Assembly: GCA_030141605.1 (NCBI GenBank)
Contig: JAQGDQ010000046.1
Coordinates: 682,001 to 746,000, forward strand
DNA: 64,000 bases
Reading direction: 5' to 3'
DNA from: Tubiluchus corallicola
Lineage: Eukaryota > Animalia > Priapulida
Position numbers and translations under genes: made by a program. Position 1 is the first letter of the stretch; each line of letters opens with the position of its first letter. Positions 51,401 through 64,000 of this stretch are shown in pieces. A model generated the notes under the pieces. The model was not told where the DNA came from. It worked only from the letters and a program-made list of their open reading frames with translations, and made no database searches.

Positions 51401-52076
51401 GATGTGGTAAGCTTGCATAGTAACATTAATCATGAATTGGGACTCAAACAAGTTTGTAACCTACTGATTAACAAGTTTTGTTGGTAAGTTATTTAGCAGC
51501 AGGTTTGTGATGCATGTTTTTGAGCATAGTCGAACAAATACTAAACAACAATAGGTTTAGATACAAAGATGCATGTTATGTCCAAATTATAGGAATAAAT
51601 TAGTTATTATAGGACACCTTGCAGTCAAAGTAATCAGTGTAAAATATGTTTAAGTATGTTATTTTCATAATCAGTCTTCTGATGAGTATAAATTTATTTG
51701 AAAGTACTTGTCTAATGTAAAAAAGCAGTGTTTCATGGTTCGTGTCTTTGAATATTCTGCATTTTATACCATTAATGTAGCCCTTTATTTTCAGCTAGAT
51801 TTGATTGTTAGATTTTAAAAATGAATTTCAGTTCAGTCCTGTACTCCTGAATACTCTAAACTCTAGTTGTTAACTTACAAACAAACGATAACAGTTTTTT
51901 TGTTCCAACTTACCCTCTGCAATTTCTTGTATAAATTAGTTAAGGACATTTATAATGTTCCTATTTTTTTAGGATTTGCAATATTTTTCCGTGGTTCGAC
52001 ACAATACCTGCGCATCAAGCACCAGTGGAACCGACTCACAGAACACACAAGAGAACAGTACATTTACTTATATTAG
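41626..52076 (+). CDS. NDFIP1: NEDD4 family-interacting protein gene (NDFIP1/2-like), 6 coding exons, 669 nt CDS / 222 aa
   Basis: Hand-spliced GT-AG exons in compatible phases. PY motifs PPEY and LPSY, then LGTDLMFFFTFMIAFLFNWIG...TIAGRYGALSGFGLSLVKW with three TM segments, diagnostic of the NDFIP family. Probably the single invertebrate co-ortholog of NDFIP1/2. Confidence 0.95.
43378..43510 (+). CDS. NDFIP1: NDFIP exon 2
   Basis: LSSEDQEVEINAELNEESQPNAAVSLSMVVPPEHHTTEQSDADG; tag/gtttg boundaries, phase 0 to 1. Confidence 0.8.
44449..44573 (+). CDS. NDFIP1: NDFIP exon 3 (PY motifs)
   Basis: WAAPPPDSSAPPEYDVATALPSYDDVQKQKEQESAQGPSHM; tag/gtatgt boundaries. Confidence 0.94.
45634..46731 (+). 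mobile_element. Non-autonomous Helentron/HINE-like element, copy 2 (NDFIP intron 3, 2 internal units)
   Basis: 3' subTIR GGCAAAATCTT at 46686-46696, hairpin TTTCTGAC-CAC-GTCAGAAA at 46700-46718, CTAG|T end, and two ATATCAAATGAAAGG units. Confidence 0.8.
47344..47440 (+). CDS. NDFIP1: NDFIP exon 4
   Basis: LHNDCSEGVPLHPSSTADPVLGTDLMFFFTFM; cag/gtaagt boundaries. Confidence 0.92.
48205..48387 (+). CDS. NDFIP1: NDFIP exon 5 (TM region)
   Basis: AFLFNWIGLLFSICISQTIAGRYGALSGFGLSLVKWTLIVKHSTDLAEGNYWFWWLLMLC; cag/gtaagt boundaries. Confidence 0.96.
48406..48443. repeat. (TAA)n microsatellite, possibly a retroelement 3' tail
   Basis: Run immediately downstream of the NDFIP exon 5 donor. Confidence 0.9.
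51973..52076 (+). CDS. NDFIP1: NDFIP last coding exon
   Basis: (G)FAIFFRGSTQYLRIKHQWNRLTEHTREQYIYLY*; poly-T ag acceptor; followed by a U-rich 3'UTR with AATAAA near 52924. Confidence 0.93.
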
Positions 52077-54041
52077 ACTATTATTAACTACAAAATATTA
52101 TGCCAACTAAATTAGGATATAAATTCAAATTGATAAATTGCTAATTTTGTTGAAATTGGATTTTTTTACTATTGTATTGCTTCAGGTTATCCATTTATCA
52201 ATAATGCAGGTTTAGCTGGTCAAAATTTTGTAAATTTTTACTGATTCTTCAATTTTATAAGTCATTTTCTGAGAATATAAAATATATTAAAGTATTAAAT
52301 TTTTTGTGTGTATTTATTTATTTTATGGCTAGTTGATCATGGGATAAATCAATGTTGTGCTTGAAATATTATGCTGGTAAAAGTTAGTCGTAGTTTGGTC
52401 AGTTAAAGTGAAAATTTTGCTGGTAAATTATTTTGTATATTATGTTTAAAGTTTACCATGATTTATCAGAGGTATACAGTATCATTTAACCAGTGCTGTA
52501 CGGTATTATTTATGTGCATATCATGCTTGAGTTGTACTTAGTTTAAGCCAAATTTAGTTAGATTGCAATGTTAATCGAGAAATTTGTAATACATTGGATA
52601 ATGATTGTGGAGACCTAAAGTTTGATTAGAAATCACAAACTTGTAAATGTTAGTGAAAATTAAAAATATTTATGGTTTATTAAGCCTGCTGTTTTAGCTT
52701 GTGGGTTGTTTTAAGATAGCAAAACTGTGTATATTAAACCTGTAAAAGTTTGAAGCATTTTATTGTAATTTGTTGTTTACATTGCAAAACGTTATAGTAT
52801 GAACCAAAAATTGGATGTAATGTTTCTCAGTATTACATTAGATGTAATGTACCATTAGGTATTGTAAAGCAGCAGGTGTTCAGTGGATTAGTGGGCTGAA
52901 ACAACTTGTCCTCATTTACTAGAAATAAAAAATATGCTAATTTTAATTTCTTTTTTCTTGGCATATATGACATCAGTACTAGTACACCATGTAGAATGTG
53001 GTGACATTTGTTACCAGGAATTATTGTAAACTGGTGTCCTGTAACTATATTAAAATGTCACAAAAATGGAGCTCTATCATCTATGACCATCATAAATATG
53101 ACTGGAATCATTCATAAGTCACCTATGAATTTTTTTGTGTTGCATAATTTATCTTTTCATTTCTTCTTGCTGTGGGGAGTGTAACTGTTAAATGTGAACT
53201 GCATGCAAAATTTGTTTTTGAGCAATGTTGTTCATTATTGTAAAAGCCACATTGAATCTCACAATTTATAACGTATAGGTGTCTTAATATTTTTCCTTAC
53301 TAATTAACTAATATATGCTGAAGCCTAATTATCTGATTTATGCTATAGTCAGCGTGTCAAAAGTTGACACATTTTTGCAGGGCATAGCAGCATTAGCGCC
53401 ACTAACAGATTTATTAGTAACAGACCCTAGTTAAGAACGTCTATTTTAATTTAACGCGATGCCCTTCTCTACCCAGATTGAGTGCATTCTAGGAAAGTCG
53501 GGCTTCACATCCTGTTATATTTCCTGAGAAAAGAACTACCGGACTTTGACAATCGATAAACTGTTGGGGGCACTGATATTTGAAATAATCTGTGATATTA
53601 TTAAAAGCGTAAAGTTGTGTATTCGCTTTTTCAATTTCAAACTCTGCAATCTCTGTTTACGCTGAATGAAATCGTTTTCTGAAGTCCTATTCACAGTAAA
53701 CTTGTTATCCTGTTTGCTGAAACCTGGTTCTTGCTTACACGGAAAAACCCTTTGCTCACGTCGAAACAGTTTATCCAAGCCTTTTTCGCACTAAAACGGT
53801 CTACTCAAAATCATAGCAAATAAAACAACTTGCTCAAAATGTGAAAAACCTTAGTCAATTTATTGATGGTGTTTGGTGTTGCTCAACTTCAGTCATGGCA
53901 ACTTAGCTAAATTCCGAACTAACAAGAAAAATTTTGCTGCCCCAGCTACATTGTTCGGACAAGTCAGGAGACTGTAGTACGTACCATTAGAGGGCTTTAG
54001 AAAGATTTTGTACAAAAACAGTTTATAAAAAGCAAGAATAA

Positions 54042-55685
54042 CTAGTTGACAATGTTTCTGACGTGGTCAGAAACTGAAGATTTTGCAGACAATAGTTGTA
54101 AAACTGAGCCTTAAAAATGAAGAGACGACAGCCTTTGTTTGAAAGTTATTATTTTCACCCTGCTTGAATACATAGGAAGTGCATTTCTCAATGAAACCTC
54201 AGAATTTAACTGTTCAGCCTCGTACCCATGGGTCAAAGGTCAACCAATCTCTGCACGAACGTATATCATTTAATTTGTGTCATTGAGACCTTTCATTTGA
54301 TATACTACGAGCTAGTTTCGGTTAACACCTAAAGACATTTCTCTTCTCGGGCCCCTATTTTGCCGCTGCTTGGGTCAGAGGTCAACCAATCTAGCCATAA
54401 CTTATACCATTAAATCTGGCTCACCGAGACCTTTCATTCGGTATACTACAAGCTACGTTTGGGCAATGCCTACGTTTGGAAGGCATTTGTCTCCCGACCC
54501 CTATTTTGCCCCTAATGGGGTCAAAAGTTAATAATTCACATTGTAACCTATGCCATTCGACTCGCCTCATCGAGACCTTTCATTTGATATGCTACATGGT
54601 ACTCTTCATAGACACTCGATGCATTTCTGTTCCTGACCCGCATTATTCGGTTTTTGCCCCCTCCTGGTGATAGGGATCAACCAACTTCTGGGTGATCATT
54701 GTCATTCAGTTTGTCTCATCGAGACCTTTCATTTGATATACTACGAGCTAGTTTCGGTCGACACTCGAAGGCATTTGTCTCCTCGACCCCTAGCAGGGTC
54801 GCGGGTTAATTATTCTCGTTATAGCCTATACCATTCGATCCGCCTCATCGAGACCTTTCATTTGATATGCTACATGGTACCGTTGCTCAACACTCAGTGC
54901 ACTTCTGTTTCCAACCCCCATTTTTCAGTTTTTGCCTCCTAGCGGGGTCGCCGGTTGACTATTTTCATTGTAACCTATGCCACTCGATCCGCCTCATCGC
55001 GACCTTTCATTTGATGTGCAAGGTACCATTACTCAACACTTAGTGCACTTCTGTTCCCGACTCCCATTTTTCGGTTTTTGCCCCTAGCGGAAAATTTTGT
55101 TACACGTGCACGTCCCATATTTTGTGACGTGCAAGGCCTCGACACCACCTAGCAACACGCCAAATATTGTGGCCCTAGCTCAAAAATTGTGGGAGCAGAT
55201 GGATCATAAAGAAACGTAAATGACGACCCGCCCGCTTCGTGACCTTTGACCCGGCAACTCCGATCATATGTATACGTAGATAACTTTTCCGAATGAGTGT
55301 ACCCTGTAAGGTTTGTGTCCCAAGCCCTTAGCATGTAAAAGGTCACCAACTATGGGGACCCCAAATTTTGCATTTGCCCTTCCCTCGGGTGTTTAAAGCT
55401 TGCCGTGCCCAAAAAACTTGTGAAGAAAAAAATTAGAAAAAACCAAAAGCCCTAGGAGGATATGCGACCTAAAGGAAAAACGACAGACGTCCACTGCCCT
55501 TCTCCCTTGACCAGTGGTCAGTGGTCACCACACTGTTGTTCGTGCCCCGCCCAGGACTACCAACCCTGCAAGTTTGGTGACCCTAGCTTGCAAGGCTTAC
55601 GAGTTTATTAAGCGTTAAAGTGGCGGAGAACAAATAAATAATAACTCAATGAAAAACAGTAAGATTTTCCTATGGCAAAATCTTA
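54042..55685 (-). mobile_element. Non-autonomous Helentron/HINE-like element, copy 3 (6 internal ~130-150 bp units)
   Basis: 5' hairpin TAAGATTTT...AAAATCTTA at 55660-55685, 3' subTIR at 54077-54086, hairpin at 54055-54073, CTAG|T end. GAGACCTTTCATT-type cores at 54285, 54426, 54572, 54721, 54850 and 54999. Confidence 0.82.
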
Positions 55686-55792
55686 ATCATTACAAAGCAA
55701 AGTAAGGAAGTAGTTGAAAAAATGCTCGTCTGGCTTCAAGTGATATCGGCGCAGTCATTTATTGCTAGCAACCTACTTCTGGAAGTCTCGCA

Positions 55793-55806
55793 GTTGCCAT
55801 GACAAC
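55793..55806. promoter_or_regulatory. Candidate RFX X-box
   Basis: GTTGCCATGACAAC fits the X-box consensus; a second near-palindrome ATTGCTAGCAAC lies at 55771-55782. Confidence 0.4.
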
Positions 55807-58800
55807 CAGTGTTTGTTTTTGGCTTCTTTAGCAAACTACGCTAGAACTGTTTATCGTGCTAGCAAAGGATTCTACATACACACGACAGGAAGTTGAGTCT
55901 AGTTTTGCGACAGCTCTCTCCCTCCCTTCCTTCCCTCCTCTCTCTCTCTCTCTCTCCCTGTGTGTGTCTATCACTTACACGCATTCTCGTCCTTCTTCCC
56001 TCTTTTTTCTTACTAATATTAGCCTCTTTCTTCTTCATCATTTCTTCCACTCTCCCAATTCTTTTCATTTCTTTCCTTCCGTGCTTTCGTGCGCGCTCTT
56101 TCTCTCCCTCCCTCCCACCTTTTCCTGTTCCTCCGTCCCATGGCTTCACTCATTCATTGGACTGAAAATATACACGCAGAGCAGCTATGTAATCAATCTG
56201 ACAGGACAGCTGACTGATGTTAAAAGACTAAGTACTGTGCCATATGTGATGCAGTACTTCCTGGCAAAACAGAAAACTTTGCAGCTTTGAAAGCTTCAAA
56301 CAAAAATAATCGATGCTCAAAGTAAAACTCAAACAGTTCCGTGTTTTTCCAAGTAAAAACTTTTAACGTCGTGTTCTTTATTAGTTTTAATAAGGCATTA
56401 GCTTATAATACTTCCTATTTATTGTACCAGTAAAATTAAAGTAAAATAAAATTAGTTGTTAGTTATTTTGACTTATTACTTAACAATTAAAATAACAAAA
56501 ATTTTTGTATTAGACAGGCTCATAAGCAGTAATGATTATTAAACAAGTATGTTGTTTACGAAATTTCAGTTCGTGTACCGGTAATTAAAACTACAAATAC
56601 TGGCAATGTGGCACTACGAGCAAGCTGTGATAAGAAATAAAGTGTTTTTGACTGTTTTAAACGAGCAATTCCTAACGTTTCCTATTCGTAATAACAGTAG
56701 TTCACTTTAGTAACCACTTCTAAAAAACTTTATTTCACGGCAACAATAATAAGTCTATCAATGGCAAATCACACACTTTGCCATTATTTTAATGGGACAG
56801 AATAGTGGTGATTTAATACACTATTATTAAACTAAAATTATGTTTCTCACTATTTAGAATAATTTACGGTTTATAGCTTTAGAAAACGTATTGAAAGGGG
56901 CATTTTTAGAAAAGCATGCACCCGCTAAAACAAAGCTGGAGAGTGGCTGCACTCGTGCTTTACACACCCCTGACATTTTTGGGTTCTTGTAATTTCAGGA
57001 TTTGTCTTAAAAATTACTTTGATTGAATAGGTTATTAGTTTAAGTATTACGGCCAAACATTGGTTTAAGGATAATCAATGACTTCAGAAAGAAGATCAAA
57101 TGTACAACAAAATAATACGATTGTATTTTCCAAATTTTAGACCTAATTCAATGTCAAAGTAAAATATTTGTGCACGGTTTATACTTTTAATTCATTTACA
57201 CTAATAGTAACTGGCATGCTTCAGCGCTACTCATCTTCACAAACTATCAGCTATAGAAATTGCAATTTCATTTGTTTAAAGACTAATAATAGCACCCATA
57301 ATGTTTATTGGAGCACTTGTACAAACACAGACGGTAAAATTACTTGCTAATATCAGTGCTTACAATCAGATGGCTTCCTTCTCTAATTAGTTTAGCTTCC
57401 CCATTGAAAATTCAGATGTGAGATGATGTCAAGGACAGGCTGTCCAACAGTTTCCAAGTCTTGCTGCGTTTCGTGTTTGGTTGCGTGGCGTATTGATGGG
57501 GTAGCTAAAACCGCGATCAATAAAATGCATAATCAATGAAACGCGTGCTAAAGGGCCTTTTAATAGGCCTACGTTAGCGTAGAGTTTGGTTTGGGATCTA
57601 CATGGAAATTTTGACTTTTTTGTAGCCTAAAGAAAATTAATGAACTGAATAATAAAAAAGGAGATAATCGGAAAGAAAAGGGAAGGGAAAAATGTGACGA
57701 AAAGAGCAAAAAACGTACGAAGAAATTAAGGAACGCAGGCACGCGGGACAAAAAAGAAGAAAGAAAATGGAAGGAGACGGTAATGAAGATAATAAGAACA
57801 ATAAAAAAGGAAGAAAAGAAGCAAGGAGAGTACGAATGAGAAGAAAGCCTTGAGTTACAATAGCTGACAAGGCATTCCAGCACGCTGCATGTTGAAATGG
57901 TTACTATCAAAGCTTATGTCTGTAATACTAAATCCAATTTTAACAGCAGTGCGCAGACCCTTGGCTTTTTGTCATTGGTCGATTACTGTTAGACAATTAT
58001 AAAATTAGATTAGACTTGAACTATTGATCGAGGGATTCACTCAGCTCGAGACTGTGAATCAAAAACCTTGTTCCGTCAATAGAGATTTAAATTTTTAGGT
58101 CTTTTTTAGAAAAAGACATCAATTTGAAACAATCAAGTATAGAACCAGAAAACATTTATTATTCCTATAATCAGTCATTAATTTATCAAAGCTGCTGAAA
58201 GGACAATTTGGTTGAATGAATTTCGCACTCCGCAACAAAAACAGACACGATACTATTAATCAAATTAGTTTGTTCACGTTGTTCTTCATATAGATGAAAG
58301 TAACTCCGTCCCAATTAGTAAAAGAATGTTAGTGGGACCCGTGTTCCACCCGTTGCATAGTGGGATGTCTTCCATGGACGATGTAGGCATAGATTTTCTA
58401 GGAGCATTTACTAATGATACCTCGCTGCTTGCTGTTTCGACAGATCCCTTTTAGGCTCTACTTCATTCCAGACAGCCAATGTATAGATTGCTTACAAAGT
58501 ACGGAATTAAACACATTACTGTAACGTTTTTCCGTGACTACACGTTTCAGCGTATCCATTTACATTGTCAGTTATTGTAGTTATAGGCCTACAGAGTTAA
58601 TTTAGAATTCTGCAGACAATTTCAATAGCTTTTTTAATCAACTGATTGGTCGGCCAAGAATTCAACAAGTGAGTAAGTAAGGGTGAAATCCATAGTAAAC
58701 GAAACAGTTAATTCTAGTGGTTTAGTAAACGGCAAATTTATTATTACGCACATTAAACTAATGAACTTCGTTCTGTTTTCGTTTAGTTTTTTATAGTAGC

Positions 58801-59145
58801 AAATTTTACTTAATTATATGACTCTAGTTAAATGAAGCCATGCAGCATATAAAAGTGAAACGTGAAATTTTGGCTTCACTTCTCACGCTACATCACGTGT
58901 TCGTCAGCCAGCAGATGCTGCATGTTTCTATAACTACCCTAGTAACGGGATGCAGATGACTTCCTTTTCACAGCAGTGTATTCATCCTATAATGATGCCC
59001 AAGGCTTACAGCGTCGAGGGAAAATGCCATAATCCCAAAACACTTTTGTGAATTTAAAGAAACTAATCATTCACCTTCGCAATTAAGAGTTAACTTGTTT
59101 GTAAAATGGCAGAGAGAGAGAGAAGCAAGCAGTCGGTCAGAGAAG

Positions 59146-59300
<155 letters not shown>

Positions 59301-59782
59301 AAAAAGAAAGATAAAAGAGAGAATGAGAGAGGAGGATGGGAGAGGAGGTGTCGAAAGAGTAGAATAAAGACCTTCGGCAAAACCATTTGAGTTGAGTGCT
59401 AAAAGGAAAAAGGAAAAAATAAAAGAAATCAGTAGACTTACAATGTAGTCAAAAACAGACTTGGGAAGATTTGCAATAACTGGTGGATTTTACTATCCAA
59501 CAATTACGCGCAGAGGCTTTTCAACGAAGGCTAACAATAGCAACATCTGTTACTTAATAAGCTACTTTTATAAAGAACAGGAAGTCAATTGATGGTTCCC
59601 TAGTGCTAGCAGAGTGTGTGAATAAATTAAAGAATATAAAAGGTAGCGACATTTACAACATTTTTAATCTGAAAAGACATAATTAAACATTCAACAGCCA
59701 ACAAGTGAAATAATGATTTCAAAACGTTTATTTCGTACATGCAAAGATATGCCGAATGTGGACTTTCTTATAGAATGTGGAC

Positions 59783-60170
59783 TATATATCTTGTAGACTT
59801 TAGTGCAGGTGTTCATAGAAGACACCCATCTCATCGTACAACCGAGTTCTTCCTCTTTCCAAACATCCGTGTAACTTCCTCTAAAACCCACACGAAGCAG
59901 TTGTCGAATAGTTTCGTATAACTTCTCGTTTAAGTTTTGCATAAGAAAACCTGAAAACGGCTGAATATGACGTTTGCTTTTCGTTAGCCTAGGACATCCA
60001 GAATGATCGAATCCGCTTTAAAATTTAACGGGTTCTTTCTTGTCCATGACCTTTCTATATATTTCCTGGAAAATAGAAATAGGTTAAATTAAGAATTTTT
60101 TGCGCAATCCTACTAAAAGATGAACAAACAAACAGCGATAAAAGCATAACCTCGTTGAAAGAGGGAATTA
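59783..60170 (-). mobile_element. Non-autonomous (HINE/MITE-like) element family B, copy 1
   Basis: Shares ~280 bp with 61760-62036. The - strand 5' end CCTC..GAGGTTATGCTTTT..TGTTTGTTTGT..AGGATTGCGCAAAAA resembles widespread non-autonomous element heads. Confidence 0.55.
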
Positions 60171-61221
60171 GGAAAAATTCACGAAAGTAACTTTTAATCC
60201 CAGGGATTGTGGCGCAGCTAAGTTGGTGGTTTGTTGGAAGCCAACTTTCGGTTTCGTTATTTGTGTATAGGAACATGTGATGACGTTGATTCTCGCTGTT
60301 GAAGCAAAGTTGTTTTGAACGAGAAGACTGATCGAGGTCAACACGTGGCTTCCATCTGTGCGTATCCCAGCATGCACTGCGTACACACTCCATGCACGTG
60401 GGATGGCGCAAATTCATAATAACCACATGTAACCTTTATATACAGGGAGACTGGGGTTTATACATATTTCAAGTTTGTTATTAAATGCTTATTTAGGTCT
60501 ATTCTCTCTCGTATCACTTTGATGAATGTGTACAGTCTATAAACGGCCATCCCCAAAGTCGTCACAGATGCCGTGTGCCGCAACTCTTACCATGTTTACT
60601 TGAATCTGAGCTTCCCAGAAAATTTTTTCTGGTGTAATCTGGAAGTTGATAGATGACGTTGATCATTTCTTGTTTCATTTGACTGTTTACACATTGGCGA
60701 ATTAAATTTTTAGCGATTGTTTACTTTTGCATAGTTCGACTCAATGCTTTATTTACAAGCAGTTTCCTGATTAACCAACATTACTCAATGTAATAAATTT
60801 ATTTAAAAACGCGTTCACAGTGGACCCGTCTAGAAGTAAACAGACCTGCGTGGAATGCTTCCTTTTGCAAACTACTAAAGCGAATACATGGGTTAATAAT
60901 TAAAATACGAACAAATATGAAAAGTTCAGGCCTTACGCTCTACAGTTATAAATTCAAGTATATTTTCTGCCTTCGGTTGTACCAGCTGTCAAAGATGGTT
61001 TAATATTCGGCCTTGAGTTCTTATTAAAGCCCGTTACGTTGCTAAATTTTGCTAATATTTTTTTACGCCTCATCGAGAACGATAAAATAAAAAATATTAA
61101 TGAATCTATGTGGTTATCAATTTTAAGTGACCTTGACACATCTATTTTTTTTATAAAATACTAAGTTGATACGAACAGGTTAATGGATGGTGTTTAGTCA
61201 AATACAAATATTTCGGGGCCT

Positions 61222-61759
<538 letters not shown>

Positions 61760-62036
61760 TATATATCTTGTAGACTTTAGTGCAGGTGTTCATAGAAGAC
61801 ACCCATCTCATCGTACAACCGAGTTCTTCCTCTTTCCAAACATCCGTGTAACTTCCTCTAAAACCCCCACGGAGCATTGTCGAATAGTCTCGTGTATCTT
61901 CTCGTATAAGTTTTGAATAAGAAAACCTGAAAACGGCCGAATATTCGTTAGCCCAGGCCATCGAAAACGATCGAATCCGCTTCATAATTTAACGTGTTCT
62001 TTCTTGTCTATGACCTCTCTACATATTTCGTGGAAA
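61760..62036 (-). mobile_element. Family B element, copy 2 (lacks the head), abutting a GATA array
   Basis: Direct repeat of 59783-60072 at an offset of 1977 bp; the first 107 bp are identical. Confidence 0.6.
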
Positions 62037-63430
62037 CCCTTCGTGTATATATATAGACGTGCCTGCGTGCGTGTGTGGCGCGAAAAATACTTTAAAATAA
62101 AAATAATCATTGATATAAACTATTTATTGGGAGTTTCAAAAATTCCGCATTCTTTATACATCTCAAAATCTCAAATTATTTTTAAAATTTTTTTAAAATA
62201 GTAATTATCATATTGAGACATCAAATGACAATTTGGTTGCTGGGTACAATTTATTAGAATTTTCGTAGCATCAAACTTGGCTTCGTAAGTCTACAGCACT
62301 AATTTTACACCTAAATTACACGGGCGCTCTTTTCCATAATAATATAGGCATGCAGTGATTTTTACACATGCGGCGGAGTGCAAAACTTGAAAAGCAGGCC
62401 AAAAATCTTAACTAATCAGCAATATAAAAGTTGCTGCAAAAATCGGATTAGTTAGTAGGTTCTGAACATGATTATTTATTTATATTTAAAAAATAATTTA
62501 ATAACTTCAATAGTTTATACCGCAGTCTAGAATCGTAGCCTGAACGAGCTTATATGGAATGAAAACGTTCCCAGTCATAAAAACACATTTAATACACAGT
62601 TGCACGAATTTTTAAATATTTTGGCTTCTATTGGCCTACAGTAGCTATAGAAGAGTTAACTGCCTCTCCCCTTTGTGATAAGCTGGCAGTGTTGTTAAAC
62701 ACAAATCTGGCGGAGCTGAGTGGCAGGAAGTTTGGCTGAGTTTCCACAGCGGAGATATTTATAGTTAAAAGATGAGGATGCAAGGAGAGGATGCTGCACT
62801 GGGGGTGCGCGCAGTAACCAAAAACAGCTGTAAAACTTGGCTTTATTTTTACTCTAAACAATTGCTACTATCCAGTACAATAGAGTGCCACATTCACATG
62901 CTGATCACATTATACACGTCACCAGCCGGTGTGTGAATCTTGTAAGGCAAGGATATCAGTAAGAGAGAGAATGTGGCTTCATTCTGCCATCTGAATGACG
63001 TCAATAGCAGAAATCATGAATTGGAAGTTTACCAAGCTGTCAATGAAAAGAACATGTGCTACATTAAACACAGATTTCAGGTAAATCGCTAAAATAATTC
63101 GTATTAGTTGTGTTAATACAGCCCTAAAATGAAGCCAGTTGCCTACGCTACATTTACTAATCCACCAGGCATCTTGTTGTAAATGGGAAAATGAAACTGT
63201 GGGTTTTGAAAACTTTATTTTGGAATAAATCACAAGCAATATAAAATAGAAATCATAACATAAGTAGGCACATTATATTCGTAAGCTTAAAAGCTCAAGA
63301 ACATCAAGACTTGTGTAATATTAGGAAGCTTGGAGAAAACTATACTTACCTGATGGAAAATCAACTTACCTTCACCACGTTGAACGTCAACTTACCTTCG
63401 ATAAACACAGGTCCTCGAAATTCCCATTGT

Positions 63431-63505
63431 TGGCGAAGCTTGGCTAAATGCGGAGTTTCTCTTCAGAATGTGGCGAACCCTTACTAAATGCGGAGTGTCT
63501 CTTCA
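63431..63505. repeat. 40-bp tandem duplication
   Basis: TGGCGAA..CTAAATGCGGAGT.TCTCTTCA at 63431 and 63471. Confidence 0.85.
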
Positions 63506-64000
63506 AGTAGTAAATGGAGTTTGCCTGCCTGTTAAACCTTGTTTACCTGCAGTCAACCTATGAACGTGGGGCTTTTTCTAAAGCACAATTCCGTAGGGCG
63601 AAGTACAATTCCATGCGTGATTTTCGTCATGCAGCTTGAAGCACAAGTTTCCTTAAAAAGTCAGTTTAGAATATTTTAGTTCAGTAAGATTACGACATGC
63701 TCTCAAACTCTCATCAACCAAACAATGTCACTTAAGCAGAAAATGATTATGTGAGAAATGAAGTATTAACAAAGCAAGAAAGTTACTTACACATTATTCC
63801 AGATGTCACAGATACAAGCTCGTCTTTTCATACAGGTTCTTACTAAAACGCCGTCGACATTTAGTAATGACACACAGATAGTTTCCATAGTTTGCGAACA
63901 CGTAGAGCTACAAGTTCCATTGATAGTATTTGTTCATCCGCTGACAATGTATTTTACAAATTTACAATTTACATTTTGTTTAATTGTATAAGTTGATTTT

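Noticed and set aside
51670-51715. CTGATGA...GAAA hammerhead or box C-like motif in an NDFIP intron
   Set aside because: There is no convincing stem II/stem I pairing and no suitably placed terminal D box.
53536-53778. 80-aa - strand ORF downstream of NDFIP
   Set aside because: Non-ATG start, no family motif and no convincing splice partners.
54270-55090. CRISPR-like repeat/spacer appearance
   Set aside because: The 'spacers' are homologous to each other, the units are ~140 bp, the context is eukaryotic and there are no cas genes. These are internal repeats of a Helentron-like element.
63343-63360. ATACTTACCTG matches the U1 snRNA 5' end
   Set aside because: The downstream sequence does not continue as U1 (no stem-loops or Sm site); it is simply the complement of a consensus donor.

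Overview
AT-rich, intron-containing animal genomic DNA, probably from an arthropod (inferred from the NDFIP 'VKHSTDL' loop and the NARS2 'PTGG' motif 3). There are no prokaryotic features or CRISPR arrays. Two complete spliced genes were reconstructed by hand and lie head-to-head: mitochondrial asparaginyl-tRNA synthetase NARS2 (- strand, 12 coding exons, 29604-41246, 503 aa) and Nedd4-family interacting protein NDFIP (+ strand, 6 coding exons, 41626-52076, 222 aa). Their ATGs are only 379 bp apart. A giant (~3.6 kb) - strand exon encoding a disordered Ser/Thr/Lys-rich polypeptide ends at a GTAAGT donor (16509), so it belongs to an unidentified gene whose next exon I could not locate. The rest is intronic or intergenic DNA. 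It holds three copies of a non-autonomous Helentron/HINE element with 1, 2 and 6 internal repeat units, an internally deleted RTE LINE, a decayed LINE RT, a hAT-type MITE with TSD, tRNA-derived SINE fragments, a Penelope-type hammerhead remnant and many microsatellites. I see no unambiguous new biological system. The best leads are the giant-exon gene, the repeat-expanding Helentron and the compact bidirectional promoter.
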